From Eledone cirrhosa (lineage: Eukaryota), in the NCBI GenBank assembly GCA_964016885.1, contig OZ024753.1, forward strand, positions 27,590,001 to 27,654,000: a DNA stretch of 64,000 nucleotides, given 5' to 3'. Shown piece after piece: positions 1-13,983 of the stretch; position 1 is the stretch's first letter; every line of letters starts with the position of its first letter. The notes under the pieces were generated by a model, which saw only the letters and a program-made list of their open reading frames with translations, had not been told where the DNA came from and did no database searches. The translations under genes were made by a program, and so were the position numbers.

Positions 1-577
1 ATCTACACACAGAAAAGACGCAATGTTTAGACAAATCACAGAGGCAATAAACATAAAAGAATTACAACCAAAATTAAATAGAAAATATGAGTGGAACAGC
101 AACATCACAACTTACAATTAAGGACAAAATGAAAACACACACACACATAGAACAAAGAACCAACCGGTAACATGTAAATAAACAAATTAATAAACAAATA
201 TAAACACACACAGACACCCAGATGTGGCGCATGCGCAGACTGAGCACACAACACACAGAAACAAAATGGCGTAGGACAGAACAAAGGAGAGGCACAAAAA
301 CAATGAAAAGAATCCCCAGTCACTGATGAGGCCACAAAATGTGTGACGAAAGAACTTTGACAATATATAAACAACTATCTGGTTGTGGAACCAACCAACA
401 AACCAGAAATTTATAAATTTATGAATTCCTAAATTAATAAATTTATTATAATAAATTGAAGTGAAAGCAACTGGTGCGTGTGTTTCTTATTGGCAACATG
501 ACCCTCCCAAAGTATAACAATATCGGTTTCAACACACGATTTCAGATAAAGAATCTTGCTAAACAAATTCAGAAACG
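1..577 (+). mobile_element. 3' end of a Penelope-like element (end of GIY-YIG ORF plus pLTR with HHR); same family as 32391-33740
   Basis: Near-identical reverse complement of 32395-32970; encodes ...STHRKDAMFRQITEAINIKELQPKLNRKYEWNSNITTYN*. Confidence 0.85.
319..361 (+). ncRNA. Minimal type I hammerhead ribozyme candidate (family A); second copy at 32611-32655 (-)
   Basis: GUCA-CUGAUGA-G-GCCAC..GUGUGAC-GAAAGAACUU-UGAC; the second copy has AGUCA/UGACU stem I and GUCACA/UGUGAC stem II; stem III is very short. Confidence 0.6.
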
Positions 578-664
<87 letters not shown>

Positions 665-666
<2 letters not shown>

Positions 667-1106
667 CGATATTAAATAAATGGAAACTATATTTATAAAA
701 CCATATTTATTTCATTATATATATTTCAGGGATATCATATTAACAATATGTTATGCCTTCTTCAGACAAAATACAATATAAACAGTTTTATAGATAAATA
801 GATTTGACATACCGTTCAACATCGACTTGTATTTGAAAAAGTTGATTTTTCAAATACAAGTCGATGTTGAACGGTATGTCAAATCCATTTATCTATAAAA
901 CTGTCTATATTGTATTTTATCTGAAGAAGGCATAACATATTGTTAATATGATATCCCTGAAATATATATAATGAAATAAATATGGTTTTATAAATATAGT
1001 TTCCATTTATTTAATATCGTAAATATACTCCAAATACTTGTTGAGTGCTTTTATATCAGTTATAAATATTTACTAGTTGTAACCCAACAATTTAAATATA
1101 ACTTTC
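665..1106. mobile_element. Palindromic PLE pLTR fragment (about 178-bp inverted arms, 665-1020), family of the PLE at 22572-26503
   Basis: 665-840 is the reverse complement of about 846-1020; matches 22572-22840 and 26330-26503. Confidence 0.85.
913..978 (+). ncRNA. Type I hammerhead ribozyme (family B); other copies 708-773 (-), 22701-22766 (-), 26399-26462 (+)
   Basis: UAUUUUAU-CUGAAGA-AGG...CCU-GAAAUAUAUAUA-AUGAAAUA; core is CUGAUGA in the 22.7 and 26.4 kb copies; palindromic AU stem III. Confidence 0.7.
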
Positions 1107-1112
1107 CATATA

Positions 1113-1179
<67 letters not shown>

Positions 1180-1183
<4 letters not shown>

Positions 1184-1610
1184 TTTACTCTTTTACCTGT
1201 TTCTGCTATACCATTAACGTGTTTTTTTCTTTTCGTGCTATTGTTCTCCACGCACCACATATGACGTATTATCTTCGTTTTTTTCGTTCATTGCCAGAGA
1301 ACGTCTCTATGAACTACCTAAGAGAACATTAGTCTACGACCTCTTTTATACCATAAACGTGGATCTGTCTTTGCGCGTATTTGTTTTTCACCGCTCCTAT
1401 TAATGACGTATCTTATTCGTTTTTTCCCGTTCTTTGCCAGCGAACGTTTCCACGAACCAAAGTATCGTATTCCTGTCTTCTTCCGGTTGCAACATTTTTT
1501 GAAATATCCAGTTCTGCGTTTACAGATTGACTTTGTTAGTTTCAGAAGATCCCGTTAAGGGTGAAAGCAGCGATTCTTTGCTTAAACTTTAATCTGTTAT
1601 TTTAATAAAT
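1180..1610 (+). mobile_element. Chimera: short LINE/SINE 3' tail (-, about 1180-1203) fused to a pLTR fragment of the PLE2 family (+)
   Basis: TCTTTTACTCTTTTACCTGTTTC matches the tail at about 61263-61296; 1201-1610 matches 12763-13168. Confidence 0.75.
1538..1588 (+). ncRNA. Hammerhead-like motif with CAGAAGA core (family C); copies 9524-9574 (-), 13096-13146 (+), 29866-29916 (-, decayed), 32232-32282 (+)
   Basis: AGUUU-CAGAAGA-U-CCC-GUUAA-GGG-U-GAAAGCA...UGCUU-AAACU: stems I, II and III all pair. Confidence 0.65.
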
Positions 1611-1776
1611 ATATATATATATATATAGGATTGAAATACTGGAGCGTGTTGGAGTTAAACACCCTCTTCGTATTATAGAAATGACAGTAAAAGGTATAGC
1701 TCAATGCAGTTAAACAGAGCCAAAAATTTAAGAGAGTAAAACAAAGAAGCCTTTAATACATCAAAAGTTTTTATTA

Positions 1777-1814
1777 GCCGACAATGTTTCGTCCTATTAA
1801 GGACTCATCAGGGC
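1777..1814 (-). ncRNA. Minimal type I hammerhead ribozyme in PLE1 pLTR (family D); second copy at 6801-6838 (-)
   Basis: GCC-CUGAUGA-GUCC-UUAAUA-GGAC-GAAAC-AUU-GUC^GGC; the second copy has CUGACGA. Confidence 0.9.
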
Positions 1815-2077
1815 AATTAAAACAACAAGAAGTAATATCGGCAGATACAAGCCGGAAGCTCCGAAGAATATGGAGTGTACATACACTAAAGCTTTGCAAA
1901 AATATATGATAAAAATAATAAAAATATATAATAAGAATAACTAAGGATGTATATAACATTAAGAACCATATTACAAATATAGTCCAAAGCAAATAACCTA
2001 AAGCTAAACAAAGGTGGTTATATAGAGCAGGAATTATATATAACACAATGTAATATTATATAATACATTATAATAAT

Positions 2078-2259
2078 TGTTTCTACTTTAGGCACTAGGC
2101 CAGTAATTACCCAGTGCATTACTGGTACTTTATTTTATCGACCCCGTAAGGATGAAAGGCAAAGTCAACCTCGGCGGGATTTGAACTCAGATCGTAAAGG
2201 GACGTAACTATGCTGGAAAGCATGGCGTCCGACCCTCTACCGATACTGCCAATCCACCG
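2078..2259 (-). mobile_element. tRNA-derived SINE with Nin/Deu-like core, inserted in the 3' pLTR of PLE1
   Basis: A-box TGGCAGTATCGG and B-box GAGTTCAAATCC on the minus strand; core GCCTTTCATCC..GGGGTCGATAAAATAAAGTACCAG; TSD TATAATAAT; absent from the other pLTR copy (empty site near 7090). Confidence 0.88.
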
Positions 2260-2770
2260 TATAATAATATACCTTTACCAACATTAAAATTACAATAAAA
2301 ATCAAAAGGTACAATATGTACATGTATATATGTGCGCACACGCACACGCACACACACATACAACAATACGCACATCTATCTTCAACTACACAAATTAAAC
2401 CTTATTAGGAGTTTGAATATAAAAATAAGCATGATAAGAGTGAAAATAATAATAATAATAATACCAATACATCTACCCAATATACATGAGGTAATAATAT
2501 GATATAATTACAAGAAACACATATAATAAATAATAAACAATAAAATTATATAATTCAATATAATAGATAATCCCCGGTTAATTTACACAAACAATATAGA
2601 TGTCACAATAATAATATAATAATAATATGTTAACAATGTACTAACATTTACAATAAACAATATATACAAATCGATTCATACTGGGTTACAGAGTAAATGA
2701 GGAAAAATAAATTATACAATACTCAAAAAAACATTATGATGGTACAGAAAAAAATTATGATGGTACAGAA

Positions 2771-2957
2771 AAAAATACAGACATCTTACATGATATATAA
2801 AGTTTAAATATCATAATGTTACATATAATGAACAGTAAGTAATAAGGATCAATATTACAATATTACAAAAATACAGACATCTTACATGATATATAAAGTT
2901 TAAATATCATAATGTTACATATAATGAACAGTAAGTAATAAGGATCAATATTACAAT
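2771..2957. repeat. 96-bp tandem repeat within the pLTR (2 copies here, 3 copies at about 7600-7882)
   Basis: ATACAGACATCTTACATG... recurs every 96 bp. Confidence 0.85.
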
Positions 2958-3894
2958 ACAATATAATATATTATATAAAATAAATTGACATAAAATAATA
3001 TATAAATACTTATAATTACAAGGTTAGTAGACAGACATATGTGGATGTGTAAGTAAATGCCAGACAGTGAATAGTAAATAGAATATAAAATATAGAATAA
3101 AATAAATAAATATAATCAACCGGAAATTACAAAACAAAAACAAATATATACATTTAGGTCTCACATGCGGTTAAGTAGTTAGGTAAAAACTAAGGAAAAC
3201 AATCCCTGTAAATGACTCAAAACCCTATTTGATAAATTAATATTAAAAATATCAAAACTATCCAATAAGGTAGTATAATATTAGCTATAGTTTAAGTCAT
3301 TAAAGTTTATAAACTTTAATGTTTCGTTACAAATGTTTACAAAAAGGAATGAAATTTTTTACTATCATATACATAACGATATCTAAAAAACTGACTTAAG
3401 TAGAATTAAGGTAGGCTAATGGGGACAGAATTGAAGAAATATATGGAGGATGCAAAGGGGCATAAAATATAGTCGATATACTATAATAAATAATAGAACG
3501 GGGCGTTAAATATAATCATAGTCAATTTGGAGGGGTTGACAATAAGTTTATATGCGCATGGGGGGAGGGGGGAGGGGAGGGGGTATCCAAAGATGAATCT
3601 GAATAAAAATAAAAATAAAATTAAAAATAAAATTAAAATTAAAAATAAAAATAAAAATAAAAATGAAGATAATAATAAAATAAAGTAAATGGCGTAAAGT
3701 GTGTAATCTTATATATATTCACAAGGTGTAATAGTGAAAATATAATGCGTAAGAAGACAGATATGGTACAGTAGCCAAATCATTATGAGAGCTAGAATAA
3801 AGAGTCATCAAAAACCAATGATAATAATGATGATAATAATAATGTTGGCAAACAAAAGAACCTAAACTAAAAAATAAGTAATGGAATATATCTG

Positions 3895-6573
3895 CTAATG
3901 GGTACAATTTGTACTACTAGAACGTTTGGGTTTATAATAAAAGTAAGAATTAGAAATAGCGTGGGGGCAAGAAGAGAATATCTCAGACTTTCTATTAAGT
4001 AAGGATACGCTAGAGAAAATTATAGAGTGTGTCTCAAGGATACAGAGATTACAAAACTTAGTATGTGTAGAAAGGTGGTTAGAGCGTGCTACTAAACGCC
4101 AGTTAAGGCTATATGGTATATAAGCTCCCTTAAGATCCCAGATATAATGTGCTAAAGAAGTAGAATTCTTAAACCTAACATGCTTGAAGTTAGAGATATG
4201 AGAGTTAAACCTAGTCTTAAAAGTGTTTGAAGTAGATCCTATATAAGTTCTATTAGAGGAATTAGTTATAACTTCGCAAGCGTAGACAATGTTCTTAGAA
4301 AGGCAGTTACTGTTTAAAGGGCAGTTAGCACTCACTCTACAATTGCACTTCCGGGTGTTATTGGTTGGCTCGAGTGGTGATGTATTACACGTAGGATTTC
4401 TATTAGATAAGGACTGTTCTGGTGGTAAAGCATTGTCAGATCCGTTCAGACTAGTAGTATGTAGAGAGGAGACTCCATCCCTAATTTTCCTATTATTAGT
4501 GCTAGCTAAATGAGAGCTAATATTAGGGGTGGTAGAGAATGAGAGTATAATAACATTTTTATTAAAAATACCATGGTATTTATGAGAAGGGGGGAAATTT
4601 TTCTCTAAGATAGTGAAGAAAGACCTAGGGATATTAGTTGATACATCCTGATTATATGGCGGGTTAAAATAAGTATTTAATCGCCTTCTATATTTATTCT
4701 TACCGACCCTACCTTTATCAAATGTCCCACCATCGAGACTAGGGTTACTACAAGGATTAGTTAAAACCACATTCATAGAATCAGCCATAATTTCGTTATG
4801 TCTATTATAGTTTCTACCTCCAGTAGATCTGCTGCTGTCCGGAATCCCTTCAAAAGGATTAGGGCCAATGATAGGATCAGTAGGAGCAACATTATTAGAA
4901 TAAGATCCAGCAAAACCATCACCAATGCGTGAGCGCACAGGGGTTCAACTTGTCTCCTAGAGGTATTATATTTGCTATTACGAGTCCCGTGGGTTAACTT
5001 ATGGATGGGTTCGGATACACCTATATAATTTTTACGGTTACTATATTTGCTACTCCCATTCATGGCCATGTTATGTGATATTATGTTATTATTGTTAAAA
5101 GTAAGCGGAGACTTTCTAAGGTTACTATTATTATAATGTATTTTACTAGAGTAACCTGAATTTGCTAGGGCATTATTGTAGTACTCCGCATGTTCATTAA
5201 ATGTTCCTATGTCCTTAGAGAGTGTGGAAATCCTATTAGATACACCCTTAATTATAGAGCTTATCATAGACTTAGGGTGGTTAGAATTGGGGCTAACATA
5301 AGAAAGAATTTCATTAGGCTTATGGAAGGGTTTAAAACTATTAGTGACCAAGTCCAAAGTCACATCTAAAAAGTTAACCGCTATATCATTTCTATCTATC
5401 GTGATCGAAAGGTTGTAGCTTTTAAAAAACTTATAAAGCTTCTTCTTATTATGTTCTACATTGTTGGTGCTAGAGTTAATTACAAACGATGCATCATCAC
5501 GATATAGTCCGCCTATAAGGTGCGGGAAGGTAGCGTATAGTTCATTAAGGAGGAACAACCCAACAAGATCAGTAACCTGGGCCGAATCATTTGGAATCAT
5601 TACCATTGTAACGTCGAAATTATTGGGCGTGTTTTTACGGGTCCAAAATGTGTCCTCAAATTTAATAATAGTTTTACGGGCTGCTAGTATAATATCTACC
5701 TGTGATCATGTAAGGCTGGACACTCTCATGGCCAACATTAAAGCTTTATTGAGGAGGATGGGTGAAATTGATGTGTAGTAGGCATCAATATCGAATTGGA
5801 TAAACTTATTAGATTCAAGTCTATTAATCCCAGAGAACCAATCTATAACTTCCCTAGTGTTCCCCGATAGGTTAAAATTAACCTTATCCCTAACATCTGG
5901 TATAATAAGGTCAAGGATTTTTTTACTGATAATGGCTATATCAGACTTAGAAGGATAGATGAGTCTAACAGAGGGGTTACTAATAAAATCAACCTTATGA
6001 TCCTTAAGTGTGAATCTCGGTTCTCGAGGGTAATATGGCTGGGTATACTTATCGAGGCCGATGTCAGAGACTATTCTAAGGCCCTCACTATTGATATGGT
6101 TCAAATTCTCAAGCGTAGTTTTTTTATAGTTTCTATATAACTCCTTATAAATAAAGTCGCGGTATGCACTATAGTCTATGGAGTATAGATTCTTAGTCTT
6201 ATCTGCCGGGACAAGAATGGACTTATTCTCACCGAAACCCTTAACAATATTTTTAAGTCTGGACTGGAACTTATCAAAGTTATTATAATTTCTATGTCTA
6301 TTATTTGGCCTATACCTAATATTTTTGACCAGAGAGAGTAAGTCACTTTCAAAACTATCTAATAGAATATTGTGTGGTGGGCTCTTATAAGTTTTGAAGC
6401 CGTAGTTATTAAAATTTGTTCTATTCCTGGGGTCCTTCCTAGTCTTATTATTATCGCCATCTAATCCTTTTTACAAAGGAGTTAACACTAGCTATCAATA
6501 GTTTTTCGTAAGTATTCTTAGAGGGGGTGGGAATATTCTTCAGAGATAAAGGCAGGTAACTCTTTGTTAGCAT
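3895..6573 (-). pseudogene. PLE RT + GIY-YIG endonuclease ORF, disrupted (in-frame TGA at 5706-5708 and frameshifts)
   Basis: Starts MLTKSYLPLSLKNIP; motifs [78 protein letters not shown]. Confidence 0.9.
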
Positions 6574-8652
6574 ACTGTCAGATAAATATATATAAAGGCC
6601 AAAATACCAGTATATATGTGAGTAAGCTCAACCGGTCGGGAGCAGTGACAAGGATTAAAATACTGGAGCGTGTTGGAGTTAAACACCCTCTTCGTATTAT
6701 AGAAATGACAGTAAAAGGTATAGCTCAATGCAGTTAAACAGAGCCAAAAAATTAAGAGAGTAAAACAAAGAAACCTTTAATACATTAAAAGTTTTTATTA
6801 GCCGACAATGTTTCGTCCTATTAAGGACTCGTCAGGGCAATTAAAACAACAAGAAGTAATATCGGCAGATACAAGCCGGAAGCTCCGAAGAATATGGAGT
6901 GTACATATACTAAAGTCTTGCAAAAATATATAATAAAAATAATAAAAATATATAATAAGAATAACTAAGGATGTATATAACATTAAGAACCATATTACAA
7001 ATATAGTCCAAAGCAAATAACCTAAAGCTAAACAAAGGTGGTTATATAGAGCAGGAATTATATATAACACAATGTAATATAATATAATACATTATAATAA
7101 TATACCTTTACCAACATTAAAATTACAATAAAAATCAAAAGGTACAATATGTACATGTATATATGTGCGCACACGCACACACACACATACAACAATACGC
7201 ACATCTATCTTCAACTACACAAATTAAACCTTATTAGGAGTTTGAATATAAAAATAAACATGATAAGAGTGAAAATAATAATAATAATAATACCAATACA
7301 TCTACCCAATATACATGAGGTAATAATATGATATAATTACAAGAAACACATATAATAAATAATAAACAATAAAATTATATAATTCAATATAATAGATAAT
7401 CCCCGGTTAATTTACACAAACAATATAGATATCACAATAATAATATAATAATAATATGTTAACAATGTACTAACATTTACAATAAACAATATATACAAAT
7501 CGATTCATACTGGGTTACAGAGTAAATGAGGAAAAATAAATTATACAATACTCAAAAAAACATTATGATGGTACAGAAAAAAATTATGATGGTACAGAAA
7601 AAAATACAGACATCTTACATGATATATAAAGTTTAAATATCATAATGTTACATATAATGAACAGTAAGTAATAAGGATCAATATTACAATATTACAAAAA
7701 TACAGACATCTTACATGATATATAAAGTTTAAATATCATAATGTTACATATAATGAACAGTAAGTAATAAGGATCAATATTACAATATTACAAAAATACA
7801 GACATCTTACATGATATATAAAGTTTAAATATCATAATGTTACATATAATGAACAGTAAGTAATAAGGATCAATATTACAATACAATATAATATATTATA
7901 TAAAATAAATTGACATAAAATAATATATAAATACTTATAATTACAAGGTTAGTAGACAGACATATGTGGATGTGTAAGTAAATGCCAGACAGTGAATAGT
8001 AAATAGAATATAAAATATAGAATAAAATAAATAAATATAATCAACCGGAAATTACAAAACAAAAACAAATATATACATTTAGGTCTCACATGCGGTTAAG
8101 TAGTTAGGTAAAAACTAAGGAAAACAATCCCTGTAAATGACTCAAAACCCTATTTGATAAATTAATATTAAAAATATCAAAACTATCCAATAAGGTAGTA
8201 TAATATTAGCTATAGTTTAAGTCATTAAAGTTTATAAACTTTAATGTTTCGTTACAAATGTTTACAAAAAGGAATGAAATTTTTTACTATCATATACATA
8301 ACGATATCTAAAAAACTGACTTAAGTAGAATTAAGGTAGGCTAATGGGGACAGAATTGAAGAAATATATGGAGGATGCAAAGGGGCATAAAATATAGTCG
8401 ATATACTATAATAAATAATAGAACGGAGCGTAAAAGAGGGGGGGGTTAAATATAATCATAGTCAATTTGGAGGGGTTGACAATAAGTTTATGTGCGCATG
8501 GGGGAGGGGGGGGGTATCCAAAGATGAATCTGAATAAAAATAAAAATAAAATTAAAAATAAAATTAAAATTAAAAATAAAAATAAAAATAAAAATGAAGA
8601 TAATAATAAAATAAAGTAAATGGCGTAAAGTGTGTAATCTTATATATATTCA

Positions 8653-9320
8653 CAGGAATTTTATATTCTTTGAATGAAAAGAACCTTCTGACGAGAATCT
8701 TTCTTTGCAACGAAGGCCGTATGGTCTCCGTTTTATTTTTGGGATTCGAAACCGATCGGTAAAGGTAACTATAGTAGGTAAAGTCAATTTTTTTAAATTT
8801 ATTTTGAAACTTTTTCATTATTTGCTAAACCTTGTTTATATTTGTTCTGGCTCGTTAATTTATTAACCCGCCATTGAACCACACTGGCATTTGGTTGGAC
8901 AATACATGCGTACCTTAGCGCCTTGTGCGTGAAGGAACACATATCCTATTACTACTACCTCCTCTAATGTTGAGAACAAATTTGGTCGTTCTGACTGCTG
9001 CTAGCGATAGCTGTGGCTAGTTTGACCTACCTCCTTCTGCCTCTATCTTTGCTTCGGCCCTTGATAAACCTGTTTCTACATCATCCACTCTCATCCCGGG
9101 AACAGTTTTGATAGCGCTAGTCTGTAATTTAAATTCAGGAATTTTATATTCTTTGAATGAAAAGAACCTTCTGACGAGAATCTTTCTTTGCAACGAAGGC
9201 CGTATGGTCTCCGTTTTATTTTTGGGATTCGAAACCGATCGGTAAAGGTAACTATAGTAGCTAAAGTCAATTTTTTAAAATTTATTTTGAAACTTTTTCA
9301 TTATTTGCTAAACCTTGTTT
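8653..9320 (+). mobile_element. ORF-less HHR tandem element (retrozyme-like, family E), 483-bp unit, about 1.4 copies
   Basis: 8653-8836 repeats at 9136-9320; homologue at 44972-45662. Confidence 0.8.
8683..8766 (+). ncRNA. Type I hammerhead ribozyme (family E); copies 9166-9249 and 45394-45477
   Basis: ACCUU-CUGACGA-GAAUCU...GGAUUC-GAAACCGAUCGGUA^AAGGU; palindromic stem III ACCGAUCGGU. Confidence 0.9.
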
Positions 9321-9437
9321 ATATATATATATATATAAATGAGAGGTATAGAGATTGTTTTAGCGAGAAGCTAATAGTATTCTATAACATATATGCGACT
9401 ATAACGTCAAGATAGGAAAAGTAGTTAACGTAAGATT

Positions 9438-9479
<42 letters not shown>

Positions 9480-9502
9480 TATTATATATATATATATATA
9501 TA

Positions 9503-12500
9503 TTTATTAAAATAACAGATTAAAGTTTAAGCAAAGAATCGCTGCTTTCCCCCTTAACGGGATCTTCTGAAACTAACAAAGTCAATCTGTAAACGCAGAA
9601 CTGGATATTTAAAAAAACGTTGCAACCGGAGGAAGACAGGAAGACGATACTTTGGTTCGTGGAAACGTTCGCTGGCAAAGAACGGGAAAAAACGAATAAT
9701 ACGTCATTAATAGGAGCGGTGAAAAACAATTACGCGCAATGACAGAACCACGTTTATGGTATAAAAGAGGTTGTAGACTAATGTTCTCTTAGGTGGTGCA
9801 TAGAGACGTTCTCTGGCAATGAACGAAAAAACGAAGATAATACGTCATATGTGGAGCGTGGAGAACAATAGCACGCAAAGACAAAACCACGTAAATGGTA
9901 TAGCAGAAGTCGTAGACTAAAATTCTAACTAGGAGACCAAATGAATCTCCGCTACAGAGTTAAGAAAAAGTAAATAAATACAATAAATACATACATACAC
10001 GCAAAAGTAAATAAATACAATAAATAAATACATACACGCAAACAAATACGTACATACAAAAGCATACGCAAAACCTTACCATAGGTATACAAAACCACGA
10101 ACATATAAATATGTGTGTGTGTGTATGCGTGTATACAATTAAATAAATAATTATATAACGTATATAAATAAATAAATACGTATATAACAAGCGCACACAC
10201 ATACCTACATATAAATACACGAATGTTCGGAGACGTAAGTCAACTAAAACAAGAAGTACACGTATACACACACCCACCATACGTACGAACCCGCATACTC
10301 ACACAGACGCAAAACTCCCGTATACACATAGCCAAACCCTAATTCGTTCTATTAAGGATTCTAACGCCGTGCACGTCCATTCCGACAAAACTGGCAACCT
10401 ATATCAAGTGAAGCGCAGTACTTACCATCAACTACTACATAATCCTGTAACTAAGGATTACCGTAAAACTAATTGGTGCGTCATCAATGAAATCAACGAT
10501 GCTGGGTTTAAAATCACATCTGATCTCAACATCCTGGACCGGACCGAACCTCTGGACCCTATTTCTCCCCACTTTACCCTGAAGGATCACAAATCCAATT
10601 TTCCGAACAACCCCTCTATTCGGCTTATTAACCCTACGAAGTCCGATTTAGGTAGACTTAGTAAAACGATTCTTGATAGAATTATACCTGAAATTAGAAG
10701 TTTGGCCTCTCTTGCACTGTGGAACAATTCTTTCGCGGTGATTGATTGGTTCAACGGCATATGTAACAAGGAACATTGCCGTTTTATCCAATTCGACATC
10801 AACAATTACTACTCCTCTATCACTTTACCACTTCTCCTTAGAGCTATCAATTTCGCTAAAACACTCACAGTGGTTAAGGATTTCGAAGTCGATGTCATCC
10901 TCAACGCCCGAAAGTCGGTGATTAATTTCGACGACTCTATTTGGATTAAAAAATCCAATAGTACCCCATTCGACGTGAGTTTGGGCGCCAGTGACTCTGC
11001 GGAGGTTACTGATCTTATTGGCCTTTTCCTTCTTTTCTCTATCAAGGACGAATTCCCCAACGCGGGCGGTGGTTTGTACCGTGACGATGGTCTTTTGACC
11101 ATGACTAAGTGCGGACCTCGTGCTTGCGACAGGTTCAGAAAAGAACTCACAGCCTTCTTTAAAGGCTTCAACCTCTCTATACAGGTTGAGGCCAATCTCT
11201 CGGTCGTTAATTACCTCGACGTTACCCTTAGTTTATTGAATCGGTTGTATTACCCGTATAGAAAGCCGAATGATACGCTTAATTACATAAGTAAGCATTC
11301 CAACCATCCTGCCAGCATAACCAAGAACCTGGTAAGAAACGTTTCTTTGATGCTTTCCCGTCTATCTACTAACGAGCATATTTTAAACGACTATTCTACA
11401 TATTACAATGAAGCTCTTGCTCAAAGTGGATTTGTCGATAAGGTAGCTTATACTGAGTACGAAAATAGACCTAGAAGAAATAGATCCCGTCGCATTTGTT
11501 GGTATAACCCACCATCTAATATGGAGGTGGCCACACCATTAGCTAAGATCTTTCTTTCCCTTATTACGAAGCATTTTCCCCCTACACATAAATATAGTAA
11601 CATTTTTAATAGAAATACTATTAAAATTTCTTACTCTACGACTCCTAACCTTGCACATAACATCACAGCTTCAATTTTAGCTAAACTACCTAGCCGTAGG
11701 AACACGTGCAACCCTGTAGTTAGTACTAACTGTAATTGTAGGAATCGGGCTGATTGCCCCATATCCGGGAAATGCCTCTCTAGTAACATTGTCTACTAAT
11801 GTAAGGTTGTAACACCCACGTCCCGTAGGGCCTACATAGGGTTAACCGCCAATAGTTTCAAGCAGCGCCTTTACATGCATACCCATTATTTTCGTTACCC
11901 TCTAAGAAGGAATATGACGTCACTTTCAGCTTATATCTGGAGTCTAAAAGACAACCACACCCAATATAAGTTACACTGGGGGATCCTAGCTAGGGCTAGA
12001 TCGTATAACGGAAATAAAAGACCATGTGACCTCTGCGCCACTGAGGCCCTGGAAATACTCTACGCCACAGACCACATCTTAAACAAAAAATCTGAGGCAA
12101 TTTCGGCTTGTAAACATAAATTGCACAAAACTTTCCTGCATTACAGCCCCACGTTATACCCTAACGGATAGTACGATCTATACGTGGATATTTTACGTCT
12201 TGATGTGGGAGCTAAGTATATGTTTTGTTTATTCCTTTACTTATTTGCATAGGTAAGTATGTATTACCCGTTTGTTTTGTGAAGGTACGTATACCTTCTC
12301 GTACGTATATTTGATTGTTTTGGCGTATAATTTTTATATATTCTGGTACATAGGGTTTGGCTATGTGTATACGGGAGTTTTGCGTCTGTGTGAGTATGCG
12401 GGTTCGTACGTATGGTGAGTAGGTATACGTGTACTTCTTGTTTTAGTTGACTTACGTCTCCGAACATTCGTGTATTTATATGTAGGTATGTGTGTGTGCT

Positions 12501-13252
12501 TGTTATATACGTATTTATTTATTTATATACCTTTATATAATTATTTATTTATTTGTATACACGCATACACACACACACATATTTATATGTGCGTGGTTTT
12601 GTATACCTATGATAAGGTTGTGCGTATGCTTTTGTATGTACGTATTTGTTTGCGTGTATGTATTTATTTATTTCTATTACTTCTGTATTGTATTTATTTA
12701 CTTGTTCTTAACTCTGTAGCGGAGATTCATTTGGTCTCCTAGTTAGAATTTTGGTCTACGACTTCTGCTATACCATTTACGTGGTTTTGTCTTTGCGTGC
12801 TATTGTTCTCCACGCTCCACATATGACGTATTATCTTCGTTTTTCGTTCATTGCCAGAGAACGTCTCTATGCACCACCTAATAGAACATTAGTCTACGAC
12901 CTCTTTTATACCATAAACGTGGTTCTGTCTTTGCGCGTAATTGTTTTTCACCGCTCCTATTAATGACGTATTATTCGTTTTTTCCCGTTCTTTGCCAGCG
13001 AACGTTTCCACGAACCAAAGTATCGTCTTCCTGTCTTCCTCCGGTTGCAACGTTTTTTTAAATATCCAGTTCTGCGTTTACAGATTGACTTTGTTAGTTT
13101 CAGAAGATCCCGTTAAGGGTGAAAGCAGCGATTCTTTGCTTAAACTTTAATCTGTTATTTCATAAATATTTGCTCTACGGTTCTTATATATTTGATATAT
13201 ATTTATCCTTATCGAGCCCTCTTTGGATTTTAGTCTTCAAATTTATTATTAT

Positions 13253-13256
<4 letters not shown>
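9503..13256 (+). mobile_element. 5'-truncated Naiad-like PLE (PLE2) with inverted pLTR at its 5' end
   Basis: 9503-10341 is the reverse complement of about 12351-13168; RT/GIY-YIG ORF lies between. Confidence 0.9.
10369..12171 (+). pseudogene. PLE RT + GIY-YIG ORF, 5'-truncated, one in-frame TAA at 11797-11799
   Basis: [51 protein letters not shown]; after the stop the same frame continues with AYIGLT, CDLCATE, LNKKSE..CKH. Confidence 0.92.
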
Positions 13257-13329
<73 letters not shown>

Positions 13330-13478
13330 ATATATTATATATATATATATATTATATATATATATATATATTATATATATATATATTATATATATATATA
13401 TATATTATATATATATATATTATATATATATATATTATATATATATATATAATATATATATATATTATATATATATAT

Positions 13479-13510
<32 letters not shown>

Positions 13511-13516
13511 ATTATA

Positions 13517-13559
<43 letters not shown>

Positions 13560-13620
13560 ATATATTATATATATATATATATATCTTATATATATATATA
13601 TATTATATATATATATATAT

Positions 13621-13652
<32 letters not shown>

Positions 13653-13658
13653 ATTATA

Positions 13659-13701
<43 letters not shown>

Positions 13702-13807
13702 ATATATTATATATATATATATATATCTTATATATATATATATATTATATATATATATATATTATATATATATATATATATTATATATATATAATATATA
13801 TATATAT

Positions 13808-13839
<32 letters not shown>

Positions 13840-13883
13840 ATATAATATATATATATCTATATATATTATATATATATATATAT

Positions 13884-13972
<89 letters not shown>

Positions 13973-13983
13973 ATATTATATAT
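13256..13983. repeat. Degenerate (TA)n microsatellite, one of many such tracts separating the elements in this window
   Basis: Direct inspection; similar tracts at 577, 1107, 18710, 21921, 29985, 57864, 59287, 63590 and others. Confidence 0.98.

Larger units (their letters stand above)
1628..8654 (-). mobile_element. Full-length Penelope-like element (Naiad-like) with about 2-kb direct pLTR repeats (PLE1)
   Basis: 1628-3724 matches 6650-8654; these repeats flank an RT + GIY-YIG ORF; one HHR in each repeat. Confidence 0.92.

Noticed and set aside
2150-2259. tRNA gene
   Set aside because: A and B boxes are present but belong to a SINE head followed by a core domain and flanked by TSDs; no cloverleaf.
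5706-5708. In-frame TGA in the PLE1 RT as possible selenocysteine (some Naiad PLEs are selenoproteins)
   Set aside because: It does not align to a Cys in the other PLEs here, the conserved Cys motifs use normal codons, the ORF also has frameshifts, and I identified no SECIS.
1628-8654. LTR retrotransposon
   Set aside because: No gag, protease or integrase, no TG..CA ends and no PBS; the repeats are PLE pLTRs.
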